Below are positions 40,672 to 52,907 of a stretch of DNA of 64,000 bases, in pieces. The stretch spans positions 3,104,001 through 3,168,000 of the forward strand of contig CBDCWG010000012.1 in the NCBI GenBank assembly GCA_965223345.1, written 5' to 3'. The notes below the pieces were generated by a model. The model was not told the DNA's origin. It did no database searches and was given only the letters and a program-made list of their open reading frames with translations. The translations under genes were made by a program, and so were the position numbers. Origin of the DNA: Nitrospinales bacterium (GTDB taxonomy: Bacteria; Nitrospinota; Nitrospinia; Nitrospinales; VA-1). Every line of letters starts with the position of its first letter. The stretch's first letter is position 1.

Positions 40672-42030
40672 TCAGGAGGCGGGTTTTTTCTCGTCGTCCT
40701 TGACGAACTCGAACTCGCAGTTGGAGTAGATGAAGTTCATGGCCTTCTGGCCGAGGATCTTTGAGGTGGTCTGACTCATGGTTTCCTCGTTCGCCATCAT
40801 GCGGGCCTGAATGTCCTCGACCTTCTGCTTGGTCTGTTCGGCCAGCTTCTTGTATTCCTCATCCAGGTCCTGCTGCGTCACGTGGATGTTCTCCTGCGCG
40901 GCGATGGTTTCCAGGATCATGTAGCCTTTGCTGTTGAATTCGGCTTTCTCGCGCCATTCCTTCTCGGCGCGTTCGGGGTCGAAGCCGGAATCCTCCAGCT
41001 TCATGCCGGACTGTTCGATCTGGTATTTCATCCCCTCGATCATGAACTTGAGCTCGCGCTTGATGAGCGATTCGGGCGGGTTGGCGTCGGTTTCCTTGAC
41101 CAGCTTGTTGAAGATGGCCTCCTTGATCCCGAGCTCCTCCTGCTGTTCCTTGTGCTGCTGGATGTGGGTCTTGACGCCGCGCTTGAATGCTTCCACGTTG
41201 GGGAAGCCTTCCTTCTCGGCGATCTCATCGGACAGTTCGGGCAGCACCAGCTTTTTCACTTCCTTGATCTTGACCTGGAAGGTCGCGCGGTCCTCCTCCT
41301 GCTCTTTCGCGCCGGGCACCGGCATGCTGACCCGCCGGATCTTGCCGCCCCAGTTGGCGGGCAGCACGGCCTTGACCTCGAATTCATCGCCCAGCTTGTG
41401 GCCGATCAACTGGTCCTCGAAACCCTCGATCATCTTCTTTTCGCCGACGCGGAGCAGGTAATTCTCCGCCGAGCCGTTTTCCAAAGGCTCGCCGTCCATG
41501 AAGCCTTCGAAATCCATGCGCACAAAATCGTCCTTTTCGATCTTGTGGTCCTCGTCCTCGTAGTGCACCAGATCGCCGTAACGGCTGAGGATGCCCTTGA
41601 CGGCGGCCTCCATTTCCTCGTCCTTCACTTTGCATTCGCGCTTCTTGAACAGCATGCCCTTGTAGTCGATGAGCTCCATCTCGGGCTTGATGTGCAGGAT
41701 GACGGAAAACTTGAACGGGGCGTCCTTCTTGATGTTCTCCAGTTCGGTGTTCTCGATCTCCGGCTTGCCCGCGGGCTTGAAGCCGGTTTCATCCAGGGCC
41801 TTCTCGTAAAACTCCTGCATCATCTCCTGGAACATCTTGGTGAAGGAATGGATCGGCACCTGTTTTTCGAGGATCTTCTGCGGGATCTTGCCGGGACGGA
41901 ATCCGGGCATCTTCACCTGGCGGTTCAGCTCCTTGTAGGCGGTGTCGATGCGCTGGGCAAACACCTCCTTGGGCACCGTGATGTCGAGTTTGCGTTTCAG
42001 TTTGTCCAGTTCCTCTACCACTAACTCCAT
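40672..42030 (-). CDS. tig: trigger factor
   Basis: PGFRPGK.P ribosome-binding signature, FKBP DFEG..DG..MIEGFEDQL.G, C-terminal helical domain. Confidence 0.92.
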   Translation of the reverse strand: MELVVEELDKLKRKLDITVPKEVFAQRIDTAYKELNRQVKMPGFRPGKIPQKILEKQVPIHSFTKMFQEMMQEFYEKALDETGFKPAGKPEIENTELENIKKDAPFKFSVILHIKPEMELIDYKGMLFKKRECKVKDEEMEAAVKGILSRYGDLVHYEDEDHKIEKDDFVRMDFEGFMDGEPLENGSAENYLLRVGEKKMIEGFEDQLIGHKLGDEFEVKAVLPANWGGKIRRVSMPVPGAKEQEEDRATFQVKIKEVKKLVLPELSDEIAEKEGFPNVEAFKRGVKTHIQQHKEQQEELGIKEAIFNKLVKETDANPPESLIKRELKFMIEGMKYQIEQSGMKLEDSGFDPERAEKEWREKAEFNSKGYMILETIAAQENIHVTQQDLDEEYKKLAEQTKQKVEDIQARMMANEETMSQTTSKILGQKAMNFIYSNCEFEFVKDDEKKPAS

Positions 42031-42074
42031 GATTCACCTCTAAACGTGCGTCCGGGCGCGGCGGCCCGGAAAAA

Positions 42075-43229
42075 TCAGGAACCCGCCGGCTCGCAGGCGC
42101 CGTGGCGTTCCAGGATCATGCGATCGATTTCCGCTTTCAAACGATCGAGTATTTTATCGTAGCCATAGGAACCCAGCGTTTCGGTTCCCTTTTTCAGGTT
42201 GACCCGCGACGGGCCGCACCACAAACCCAGGTCGGCGTCGTCGGTCTCGCCCGGCCCGTTGACGCGGCAGCCCATGACGGCGATGGTCAGTTTGTATTTT
42301 TCGGCATATTCGGTCATGCGGCGCACATCCTGCGCCAGGTCCACGAACTTTTCGTTCTCCACGCGCGAGCAGCTCGGGCAGGCGATGATGTTGAGCCCGT
42401 CGAGGAAATTCTCCGGCACCGAGCGGAACCGGCCCTCGCTGATGTCCTGCAGGATCTCGCGGCCCACCGTGATCTCCTGCCCCTTGTCCTCATTGGGCAG
42501 CGTGAGCGACACGCGGATGGTGTCGCCGATGCCGGCGGCGATGAGCTGCTCGAAGGCGATGCGGGTCTTGATGATCCCCTCCGGCGGCATGCCCGCCTCG
42601 GTCACGCCCAGGTGCAGGGGCACATCGGGCCTCTCCGCCGCGAAGCGCTTGTTGGCCTCGATGACCTTGTCCGCGTCGGAGTCTTTCAGCGACACGCAGT
42701 AATTTTCAAATCCCAGATCGTCCAGCAGGCGGCAGTGGTCGGCGGCCGAGCGCACCATCGCCTCGATGGAATCGTCGGGGTATCTCGCCTTGTAGTCGGG
42801 ATCGACCGAACCGCAGTTGACGCCGATGCGGATGGCGCAGTCGTTGGCCCGCGCCGCATCGACGATGAACTTCACCTTCTCCGGAATCGACTTCTCCTTT
42901 TCCAGGTGGTACAGGTGCCCCGGATTGTAGCGGATCTTGTCCACCAGCGGCGCGACCGTGGGCGCAAGCCGGTAGTTTTCCTGCAGATCCACCGACAGGA
43001 CGCTGTCCGGGAAGCGCTCGCGCAGGGTCTTGAGCGCCTGCACGTCTTCCTCGCTGTCCACCGCGATGCGGATCACGTCCGCTTCGCTTTGCTGCAATAT
43101 CTCGATCTGCCGGCCTGTGGCTTCCAGGTCCTGGGTGCGGGTGGCGGCCATGCTCTGCACGGCGATGGGCGCGTCGCCGCCGATGGTGAGAGAACCGATC
43201 CGGATCTTGCGGGTCTGTCGTGGTTTCAT
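42075..43229 (-). CDS. ispG: (E)-4-hydroxy-3-methylbut-2-enyl-diphosphate synthase
   Basis: [53 protein letters not shown]. Confidence 0.97.
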   Translation of the reverse strand: MKPRQTRKIRIGSLTIGGDAPIAVQSMAATRTQDLEATGRQIEILQQSEADVIRIAVDSEEDVQALKTLRERFPDSVLSVDLQENYRLAPTVAPLVDKIRYNPGHLYHLEKEKSIPEKVKFIVDAARANDCAIRIGVNCGSVDPDYKARYPDDSIEAMVRSAADHCRLLDDLGFENYCVSLKDSDADKVIEANKRFAAERPDVPLHLGVTEAGMPPEGIIKTRIAFEQLIAAGIGDTIRVSLTLPNEDKGQEITVGREILQDISEGRFRSVPENFLDGLNIIACPSCSRVENEKFVDLAQDVRRMTEYAEKYKLTIAVMGCRVNGPGETDDADLGLWCGPSRVNLKKGTETLGSYGYDKILDRLKAEIDRMILERHGACEPAGS

Positions 43230-43289
43230 ATTTTTTGGTCTGTTATGGGGAATTCAAAGGGTTTTCATAAGGGTCCGTCCGCCCTGCAC

Positions 43290-43315
43290 TGTCATGCTGA
43301 GCCTGTCGAAGCATG
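43290..43315 (+). repeat. small palindromic REP-like element
   Basis: TGTCATGCTGAGCCTGTCGAAGCATG with a CATGCT/AGCATG stem; resembles a widespread small intergenic repeat, from memory. Confidence 0.4.
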
Positions 43316-43386
43316 CAGGACAGATCCAATACGGCCCTTTGAAGGATCGTCTTTGGAACCGTTGATGTTAGCAGAATTGCAGGGGC

Positions 43387-44403
43387 TTAACAAGGCAGGC
43401 CCGGTGCGGCGCGCTCCAGCGGAAACGGGCGGTCGGGGTTCCGAAAATCCGGCAGGTTGTGCACGTCCTCTTCGGGATTCTGCACGTACAGGGTCTCGAT
43501 CCCCAGCTCTTCGGCCATCCTGAGCGCCGCCCGATACTCTTCGGCGTGGATGCGGCGGGCAATACGGGCGTCCTCTTTAGCCCGGTGCACCGGGCGGTAC
43601 TGGCTCATTAGGCTCACCGGCACGCGGGTTGAAAGCTCGAGCGCGATAAAACAAAGGGTTTCCCAGGTCCCGGCCAGTCCATCGGGCAGGACGAGGTGCC
43701 GCACCAGCAAGCCCTTTTGGGCCATGCCGTCCGCATCCAGGGTGAGCGGCCCCACCTGGCGATGCATTTCCTGCACCGCAGCGCGCGAGCGATCGACGTA
43801 TTCTTTGATGTGGGAATAGCGCCGGGCCACCGCATCGTCGGCATACTTGAGATCGGGCAGGTAGAGATCGACGACGCCGTCCAGCAGCTTCAGGGTGGGC
43901 AGCGCGTCGTAGGCGTTGGTGTTGTAGATGATGGGCAGCGTCAGCCCCTGTTTGCGGGCCAGCGCCAGCCCTTTCAGCAGCCCCGGCACCACGTGTGAGG
44001 GCGACACCCAGCCGATGGTGCGCACGCCCTGCCCTTGCAGTTTGAGCATCTGCGCGGCCACCTGCGCCTGCGACTGTGCGATACCGAGCCGCTCCTGGGA
44101 AATCTGGTGGTTCTGGCAGTAGTCGCATCGAAGGTTGCAGGAGGTGACGAACAGGTTGCCGACGCCGTGCGTTCCGGTGAACACCGGTTCCTCGCCAAAA
44201 TGCCGCACCGCAGCACCCACGTAGAGCCGGTCGCTCTCGCCGCACACTCCCCTGCCCTCGCCCGTGCGGTCCACACCGCAGGCATGCGGGCACACCGAGC
44301 AGCTTCGGTACAGCGTGTAGGCGGCCTCGGCGCGCGCTTCCAGTTCGTCCTGCGTCAGGTTCAGATAGGCAGGTGTCATAGTAAATTCAAGGTGTTCATT
44401 CAC
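43387..44403 (-). CDS. PflX-like radical SAM protein (start may be 44379)
   Basis: N-terminal C..CP..CGVDR, H.GEEP, CNLRCDYCQN..ISQ, YLPDLKY, RHLVLP. Confidence 0.88.
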   Translation of the reverse strand: MNEHLEFTMTPAYLNLTQDELEARAEAAYTLYRSCSVCPHACGVDRTGEGRGVCGESDRLYVGAAVRHFGEEPVFTGTHGVGNLFVTSCNLRCDYCQNHQISQERLGIAQSQAQVAAQMLKLQGQGVRTIGWVSPSHVVPGLLKGLALARKQGLTLPIIYNTNAYDALPTLKLLDGVVDLYLPDLKYADDAVARRYSHIKEYVDRSRAAVQEMHRQVGPLTLDADGMAQKGLLVRHLVLPDGLAGTWETLCFIALELSTRVPVSLMSQYRPVHRAKEDARIARRIHAEEYRAALRMAEELGIETLYVQNPEEDVHNLPDFRNPDRPFPLERAAPGLPC

Positions 44404-44453
44404 AAGCTGAGTAGAATATTTTGAAGGGTGTATTTTATTCCATTTTCGTTTTT

Positions 44454-44594
44454 CTTTGCGCTCTTTGCGTCTTTGCGTCTTTGCGTTTTAAAATCGCTTT
44501 TCAAAAAACTTCCTGGATAAATTGAATGAATCAGAATTGCATATAAATTCAACAAGATCTTAAAAATAAACGCAAAGACGCAAAGAGCGCAAAG
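44454..44594. repeat. inverted arrays of CTTTGCG(T) units around an AT-rich spacer (MITE/REP-like)
   Basis: CTTTGCGCTCTTTGCGTCTTTGCGTCTTTGCGTTT (44454-44488) versus AAACGCAAAGACGCAAAGAGCGCAAAG (44568-44594). Confidence 0.8.
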
Positions 44595-44874
44595 CCCCCA
44601 TCACCCAAGCCACCTTCAGTATGTAATAAGCGGGTACCGAGGCTCGACGCAATCCTCTCCCTCAAAAAGGGGGAAGAGGATGAACGGTATGGGAATGCCA
44701 TACATTTGATGATCGGGAGAGTCATCAAATGAATCCACTCCTACAAGGAACCGGCGCATCTTTTTGAGTTTTCATCCTGTTATCCAGTCTGAGTCCTTCT
44801 TCCACGCGCTTTGCGCGGCTCTGCCGGGAATGTTAAGATGGGGCAACCGTTCTGCAATTCATGAGGAAAATTCG

Positions 44875-46752
44875 ATGTTCGCTTCCCGTTCGAGGTTGTT
44901 GTCTGCAATCGTCACCGTCACCCTGTTTTTGGCCGCTCCCGTCTTCGCCGCGGGGCAGCACGGGTTGTCCCTGTATGGCCCACAGGACTTGAAGTACAAG
45001 GCGGGCGAGCCCTACGCCTACGCCGACCCCAAGGCCCCGAAAGGCGGGCATCTGGTGCTCGCAAGTTTCGGTGCGTTCACCAAACTGAATCCGATTTCGC
45101 TCAAGGGCGTGACGGCGCCGGGCGTCGCGGCGTTGATCTTCCAGTCGGCGATGGACAGCTCGGCCGACGACGACGAACCCTTCTCGCAATACGGCAATCT
45201 GATCGAGAGCGCGGAACTGGCAAAGGACCGCATGTCGCTGATCTACCACATCCGCAAAAACGCCCGGTTCTCGGACGGCAAGCCCGTGACGGCGGACGAT
45301 TTCGTGTTTTCGTTCGAGATCATCGAGGATCCGGAGTATCACCCGTTCTTCAAGGAATACTTCAAGGACATCCAGTCGGTGGAAAAAATCGACAGCCACA
45401 CGGTGAAGTACACCTTCTCGATCTTCAACCAGGAACTGCCGCTGATCACCGGACAAATGTTCATCCTCCCCAAGCACGTCTACGGGGAGAAAGGCAAGAA
45501 ATTCGGTTCCGATTTCGACGCGTTCGCCGTGGGCAGCGGCCCCTATGTGGTGGAAAAATACGATTTCGGCAAATACATCACCTTCAAGCGCAATCCGGAC
45601 TGGTGGGGCAAGGACGTGCCCGTGAACCGCGGCCGCTACAATTTCGAGCGCGTGACCTGGAAAGTTTACCTGGATCCGGTCGCCATGCGCGAGGCGTTCA
45701 AGGGCGGCGAGTACGACGCGCACCATGTTTCCAGCTCGCGCAACTGGGCGCTCGACTTCAAGGGGGATTTCGTCAAAAAAGGGTACTACCTCAGGCGGGA
45801 GCTGCCGCACAAACGGGTGGCGGGCATGCAGGGCTTCGCGATGAACACGCGCAACGCGCTGTTTCAATCGCGCAAGGTACGCGCCGCCGTCGCCATGGCC
45901 TTCGATTTCAAGTGGAGCAACGAAAATCTTTTTTACGGCCAGTACACGCGCAACGAATGCTATTTCGACAACAACCCGGAAATGAAGGCCACCGGAACCC
46001 CCAAAGGTGAAGTCAAAAAACTGTTGCTCGAACTCAGGGAAAAACACAAATCCTTCGTTCCCAAAACGGCGCTCACCAAACCGGTGGGCGCACCCGGAGA
46101 AGGCCAGTCCCTCGACGCCAACCTGCGGCTGGCCAACAAGCTGCTGGATTCGGCGGGCTGGAAACTGGGCGCGGACGGGATCCGCGAAAAGGACGGCAAG
46201 AAATTCCAGTTCGAGATGCTTCTGGACGAACCGCAATGGCACCGCATCACCGAGCCCTACAAAAACAATCTCAAAAAAATCGGCGTGGACATGCAGATCA
46301 AGCTGGTGCAGGCGGCGCAGTACGAGGAGAAGCTCAGGGAATTCAAATTCGACATGATCGTCACCACCTTTGGGCAGAGCCGCTCTCCCGGTAACGAGCT
46401 GCGAAATATGTGGGGCAGCGAGTCGGCCAAAACGCCCGGCTCGCGCAATTATATCGGCATCGAAAATCCTGCGGTTGACGAGTTGATCGACATCATCGTC
46501 AGGGCGTCCACACGCGAGCAACTGATCAACGGAATCCAGGCGCTGGACCGCATCCTCACGCACCAGTATTACATGGTGCCGCACTGGTACATCGCTTACG
46601 AACGCGTGGTGTACTGGAACAAATTCTCCAGCCCCAAGTTGTACCCCTCGCAATCGGCGTTCCTCGCCAACATTCTGGAATGGTGGTGGTGGGACGCGGA
46701 CAAAGCGGGCAAACTGGAAAAAGCCAAAGCCGCGGGCAAGCCGCTCAACTGA
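44875..46752 (+). CDS. yejA: ABC peptide-binding protein, family 5 (YejA-like)
   Basis: HGLSLYG..KY......Y.DP.APKGG, ARFSDG.PVTADD, GSGPY, NRGRYNF, SPGNE.R..W.S. Confidence 0.8.
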   Translation: MFASRSRLLSAIVTVTLFLAAPVFAAGQHGLSLYGPQDLKYKAGEPYAYADPKAPKGGHLVLASFGAFTKLNPISLKGVTAPGVAALIFQSAMDSSADDDEPFSQYGNLIESAELAKDRMSLIYHIRKNARFSDGKPVTADDFVFSFEIIEDPEYHPFFKEYFKDIQSVEKIDSHTVKYTFSIFNQELPLITGQMFILPKHVYGEKGKKFGSDFDAFAVGSGPYVVEKYDFGKYITFKRNPDWWGKDVPVNRGRYNFERVTWKVYLDPVAMREAFKGGEYDAHHVSSSRNWALDFKGDFVKKGYYLRRELPHKRVAGMQGFAMNTRNALFQSRKVRAAVAMAFDFKWSNENLFYGQYTRNECYFDNNPEMKATGTPKGEVKKLLLELREKHKSFVPKTALTKPVGAPGEGQSLDANLRLANKLLDSAGWKLGADGIREKDGKKFQFEMLLDEPQWHRITEPYKNNLKKIGVDMQIKLVQAAQYEEKLREFKFDMIVTTFGQSRSPGNELRNMWGSESAKTPGSRNYIGIENPAVDELIDIIVRASTREQLINGIQALDRILTHQYYMVPHWYIAYERVVYWNKFSSPKLYPSQSAFLANILEWWWWDADKAGKLEKAKAAGKPLN

Positions 46753-46764
46753 TTCTGCCGGGCG

Positions 46765-48084
46765 TCAGGAACCGGAGAGGCGCGCGCGCCTCTTGTCCCA
46801 CGCGACGAACGCCCCGGTGATCAGCACGGCGAACGCCAGAAGCCCCACCGCCGTCCCCAACCGATTGAGTAAATGCGGCGCGGCGACGAGCAGCACGCCG
46901 AGGCTGAGCATCATCCATCCCGAGAGCAGTTTCAGAATCCGGCCTTCCTTTTCGGTCAGCTTGCGCGAGCCCAGGGTGAACGTGAAGATCAGCACGATCG
47001 CCGCCAGCGGCAGGACGTAGACGACGTTGTACAACAGCAGGTACAGGTAATAGGTCGTCTGCGGCAGGGCGTTCAGGGTGAGGACGCGGGTGTACACCAT
47101 GGGAAAGCCGGCGGTGCACAACAGCTCGTAGGCGTTGACGGCGAGCGCCAGCAGCACGGTGCCTGCGATCAGGGAAGGCAGGCTCGTCACTTTGATCAGG
47201 CCGGTCACGCGCTGGTACAGGCCCGGCTTCGCCCCCTCCGGAATCGACAGGGACACGCCGCGCTTGAAATAGAAAAAGTCCTTGATATTGATGAGCGCGA
47301 TCGCGATGGCGAAGATGCCGGCGATGAGCGTCACCCAGCGGATCTCTCCCAGAAGCAGAAACAGGTTGAGCCAGGCGGCCATGAACACGAAGTAGATCGC
47401 GCCGGAGAAAAACAGGAAGATCCCGCCGACCAGCAGCATGCGCGCCCGGCTGCGCGCGTGCACCAGCAGACTCAACAGGAAAAGCAGCACGAAAAACGCA
47501 CAGGGATTGAACGCATCGACCCCGGCGAGGAGCAGGGTGAACACCGGCAGGGAAAAATCCTCCGGATCGATCTCGCCCAGCACCGGCAATGAAACCCGCT
47601 GGCGGTCGCCCTCTCCCGCCTGTTCCTGCACCGGGATGTCGCCGAGCACGCTCCGCCGGCAGGCCTGGATTTCCTCCAGCAGCATGCGGCCCGTGGTGGC
47701 ATCGGTGTGAAAGCCGTAGTGGATTTTGCCGCACAGCATGAATCCCGGAATCGCCAGGGAGGTTTCGCCGATGTGCTCGACCATGCGCACGTACAGCTCG
47801 CCGCTCTCGCGGCTGGCGGTGACGTTGTGGGAATGCAGCCGCAGCCAGGGATAACGCTCGGGAAGGGAGCGCACGAACGGCTTGGCGCGCCGGCAGTGCG
47901 GGCAGGTTTCCGACCAGAAGAAATAAAAATCGACCGTGACCGCTCCCGCTGCGTCCACAGAGTGCCACACGGGAGGCGGGGGATCGTCTGCGGCGTACGC
48001 GATTCCCGCGGCGCCCGGCAGGCTCCAAAGACACAGCGCAAGCAGCAGGCAACGCAGCCAACCTTTTGCAAAGAAATAATTCAT
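46765..48084 (-). CDS. thioredoxin-fold (CPHC) domain fused to a multi-TM CcdA/DsbD-beta-like domain
   Basis: Signal peptide, FWSETCPHC, then TM helices with D.FNPCAF and ELLCTAG.P cysteines. Confidence 0.75.
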   Translation of the reverse strand: MNYFFAKGWLRCLLLALCLWSLPGAAGIAYAADDPPPPVWHSVDAAGAVTVDFYFFWSETCPHCRRAKPFVRSLPERYPWLRLHSHNVTASRESGELYVRMVEHIGETSLAIPGFMLCGKIHYGFHTDATTGRMLLEEIQACRRSVLGDIPVQEQAGEGDRQRVSLPVLGEIDPEDFSLPVFTLLLAGVDAFNPCAFFVLLFLLSLLVHARSRARMLLVGGIFLFFSGAIYFVFMAAWLNLFLLLGEIRWVTLIAGIFAIAIALINIKDFFYFKRGVSLSIPEGAKPGLYQRVTGLIKVTSLPSLIAGTVLLALAVNAYELLCTAGFPMVYTRVLTLNALPQTTYYLYLLLYNVVYVLPLAAIVLIFTFTLGSRKLTEKEGRILKLLSGWMMLSLGVLLVAAPHLLNRLGTAVGLLAFAVLITGAFVAWDKRRARLSGS

Positions 48085-48205
48085 TCCGATGCCCGAGCGT
48101 GCGTGATAGAGTGATAGCATTTTGAAACGGGAGAACACTCTTGTATTTTAACCCATTTAGGAAACAGCCAGCGTTCCGGTTTTCACTTGCCGCCGTGGGG
48201 GCCGC

Positions 48206-49345
48206 ATGATCAGCTACATCATCCGCAGACTGCTTCTGATGTTCCCGACCTTGATCGGCATCGTGACGATCACCTTCGTCGTGGTGCAGTTCGTTCCCGG
48301 CGGACCGCTGGACCAGATCAAGTCCCTGCTGCGCGGCCATGGGGGCGTGATGGAAGAAGCGGGCGGCACGGCCATCGGCCGTCCCGGTGAAAAACCGGGC
48401 GAGCTGGATCCCCGGCACATGGAGGCGCTGAAGAAGGTCTACCACCTCGACCGGCCGTTCTGGGAGCGCTACCTGCGCACCTTTCTCTGGTACTCGCCGA
48501 AAAACCCCGACGCCCCTTTTTCCCAGCGGTTCTTCAACCGCGACAACTGGGAAGGCTTTCTCATCTTCAAATTCGGCGATTCGTTTTACCGCAACAAATC
48601 GGTGCTGGAGCTGATCAAGGAAAAGCTGCCGGTTTCGGTGTCGCTCGGCGTCACCAGCTTTTTCATGAGCTACCTCATCTGCATCGTGCTCGGCATCGCC
48701 AAGGCGGTGCGCAACGAATCCCGCTTCGACACGGTCACCAGCGTGATCGTGCTGATCGGCTACAGCATCCCCGGTTTCGTGCTGGCGGTGTTCCTCATCG
48801 TCCTGTTCGGGCCGGGCGACGGCGCCATCGTCCACCTGATCCCGCTGGCCGGGCTCACTTCGGCGGGAACGCCGGGCTACGACGAATGGACGCTGTGGGA
48901 GAAGGTGAAGGACTACCTGCATCACCTGGCCGCGCCGCTGCTCTGTTACGTGATCGGCGGCTTCGCCACGCTGACCATGCTGACCAAAAACGCCATGCTG
49001 GAGGAGATGAAAAAACAGTATGTGCTCACCGCACGGGCCAAGGGCCTGCCGGAGAAGACGGTGCTGTTCAAGCACGTGTTGAAAAACTCGCTCATCCCTC
49101 TGGTGACCGGGTTTCCCACCGGCTTTCTCGCCATGTTCTTTTCCGGGTCGCTGCTCATCGAGCAGATCTTCTCCCTCAACGGCATCGGTCTGCTTTCCTA
49201 TGAAGCGGTGATCCAGCGGGACTACCCGGTCGTGCTGGGCACGCTGTTCATTTTCTCGCTGATGGCTCTGGTGGGGCAGTTGTTGACGGATCTCTCCTAC
49301 GTGCTGATCGACCGGCGGATTTCCTTCGAAGAGTCGCGAGGCTGA
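48206..49345 (+). CDS. yejB: ABC peptide permease (YejB-like)
   Basis: YIIRRLLL..PTL.GI, FGDSF, YV.TARAKGL, IEQIFSL.G.G, RDYPVV. Confidence 0.82.
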   Translation: MISYIIRRLLLMFPTLIGIVTITFVVVQFVPGGPLDQIKSLLRGHGGVMEEAGGTAIGRPGEKPGELDPRHMEALKKVYHLDRPFWERYLRTFLWYSPKNPDAPFSQRFFNRDNWEGFLIFKFGDSFYRNKSVLELIKEKLPVSVSLGVTSFFMSYLICIVLGIAKAVRNESRFDTVTSVIVLIGYSIPGFVLAVFLIVLFGPGDGAIVHLIPLAGLTSAGTPGYDEWTLWEKVKDYLHHLAAPLLCYVIGGFATLTMLTKNAMLEEMKKQYVLTARAKGLPEKTVLFKHVLKNSLIPLVTGFPTGFLAMFFSGSLLIEQIFSLNGIGLLSYEAVIQRDYPVVLGTLFIFSLMALVGQLLTDLSYVLIDRRISFEESRG

Positions 49346-49350
49346 CCCGC

Positions 49351-50721
49351 ATGCAGCTGAACCGCGACTTCAAGCTGAAGCTGAAAAAATTCAGGCGCGA
49401 CAAACGCGCCTTTTACAGTTTCTGCTTTCTGTTCGCGCTGTTTCTCATCACCCTGCCGGCGGAGCTGTTGTGCAACGTGCGGCCGATCCTGCTGGTGCTG
49501 GAAGGCAAACCGTATTTCCCGATTTTTTTCACCTACAGCGAGAAGGATTTCGGCGGGGTATTCCCGAGCGAGCCGGATTACAAGTCCAAACATTTCCTGC
49601 GCCTGCTGCGCGGCGTGGACGAGGATGCGGAAACGAAAACCCCGGCGCCGGAAGCGGAGCCCGGCTTCTCGCTCGGGCTGGACGATTTCGAAGAGGAGGG
49701 AGACGCATCGCTTTCTCTCGGTCTGGAAGACTTTGAAGACGAAGAATCCGCGAGCGCCCCGTTGACCCTCGGGCTCGACGATTTTGAAGAGGAAGAGGAA
49801 GCGGACACCGGGCTCACCCTGGGACTGGAGGACTTCGAAGAGGAAGCCACGGAAACCGCTGAAAAACCGGCCGCTGCGGAGACCAAACCGGTGCGCACCG
49901 AGCCGCGCGAATTCTGGATGCTGTGGCCTCCGGTGCGCTACGACTACAAGTATATCCCCTCGGAATCAAAAACCGGCCGCGTGGTGCTGGCCGCGCCGTA
50001 CGAGACGCAGTCGGCGGACGGCAAACGCACGATCGCATCCTCGATGGTGGACGGGCACTACCTGGGGACCGACGACCGCGGCCGCGACGTGCTGGCGCGG
50101 CTGATCTACGGGTTTCGCATCTCGATGCTGTTCGGCATCTCGCTGGCGATCTCCGGCACGATCATCGGCTGCGCCATCGGCGGCACGCAGGGTTTTTTCG
50201 GCGGCTGGGTGGATCTGATCGGCCAGCGGCTGACGGAGATGTGGGGCTCGATCCCGCGGCTGTACATCCTCATCATCCTGAGCGCCTTTCTCGTGCCGTC
50301 GGCGCTGCTGCTGTTCGCGATCCTCAACCTGACGGCGTGGATGGGGATGGCGGCGTACATCCGCGCGGAGTTTCTCAAGATCCGCAATTTCGAGTTCGTG
50401 AAGGCCGCCCGCGCGATGGGCGTCTCCAATTTCGAGATCATGCGCAAGCACATCCTGCCCAACGCCCTGACGCCGGTGATCACGTTCTTTCCCTTCGAGG
50501 TCACCTCAGGCATCCTGGCGCTGGTCAGCCTCGACTACCTCAACCTCGGCGTGCCCAGTCCGGCGCCGAGCATCGGCGAGCTGCTGGCGCAGGGCAAGAC
50601 GAACCTGCAGGCGATCTGGATCCTGCTGCCCACCTTCCTGGCGCTCACCGGAACGCTCACATTGCTCACCTTCGTCGGCGACGGCATCCGCAACGCCTTC
50701 GACCCGAGAAAGGCAGGCTGA
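49351..50721 (+). CDS. yejE: ABC peptide permease (YejE-like) with an acidic repeat insert
   Basis: LGTDDRGRDVLARLIYGFRIS, RAEFL..RN.E.V.AARA.G, HILPNA, RNAFDP. Confidence 0.82.
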   Translation: MQLNRDFKLKLKKFRRDKRAFYSFCFLFALFLITLPAELLCNVRPILLVLEGKPYFPIFFTYSEKDFGGVFPSEPDYKSKHFLRLLRGVDEDAETKTPAPEAEPGFSLGLDDFEEEGDASLSLGLEDFEDEESASAPLTLGLDDFEEEEEADTGLTLGLEDFEEEATETAEKPAAAETKPVRTEPREFWMLWPPVRYDYKYIPSESKTGRVVLAAPYETQSADGKRTIASSMVDGHYLGTDDRGRDVLARLIYGFRISMLFGISLAISGTIIGCAIGGTQGFFGGWVDLIGQRLTEMWGSIPRLYILIILSAFLVPSALLLFAILNLTAWMGMAAYIRAEFLKIRNFEFVKAARAMGVSNFEIMRKHILPNALTPVITFFPFEVTSGILALVSLDYLNLGVPSPAPSIGELLAQGKTNLQAIWILLPTFLALTGTLTLLTFVGDGIRNAFDPRKAG

Positions 50722-50749
50722 TGACACCCCCACGCTGCGAGGCGCGCCC

Positions 50750-52762
<2,013 letters not shown>

Positions 52763-52811
52763 TTGTGTGAGATGGAAAAACGGTTCGGGATGGAAAAACG
52801 AAGTTTTCTAC

Positions 52812-52907
52812 TTAGTTGCAATCACGCGATGAGGAATAAAGATAGGCCAGCACGGCGATCACCACCACGCCGACGACGCCAGACAGCAACAAACCCAACA
52901 AAGACAT
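52812..52907 (-). CDS. 31-aa single-TM microprotein MSLLGLLLSGVVGVVVIAVLAYLYSSSRDCN
   Basis: GGAGGAG SD; one hydrophobic helix; below the ORF-track cutoff. Confidence 0.55.
   Translation of the reverse strand: MSLLGLLLSGVVGVVVIAVLAYLYSSSRDCN

Noticed and set aside
44454..44594. CRISPR array
   Set aside because: Short tandem units in inverted arms, no repeat-spacer periodicity and no cas genes.
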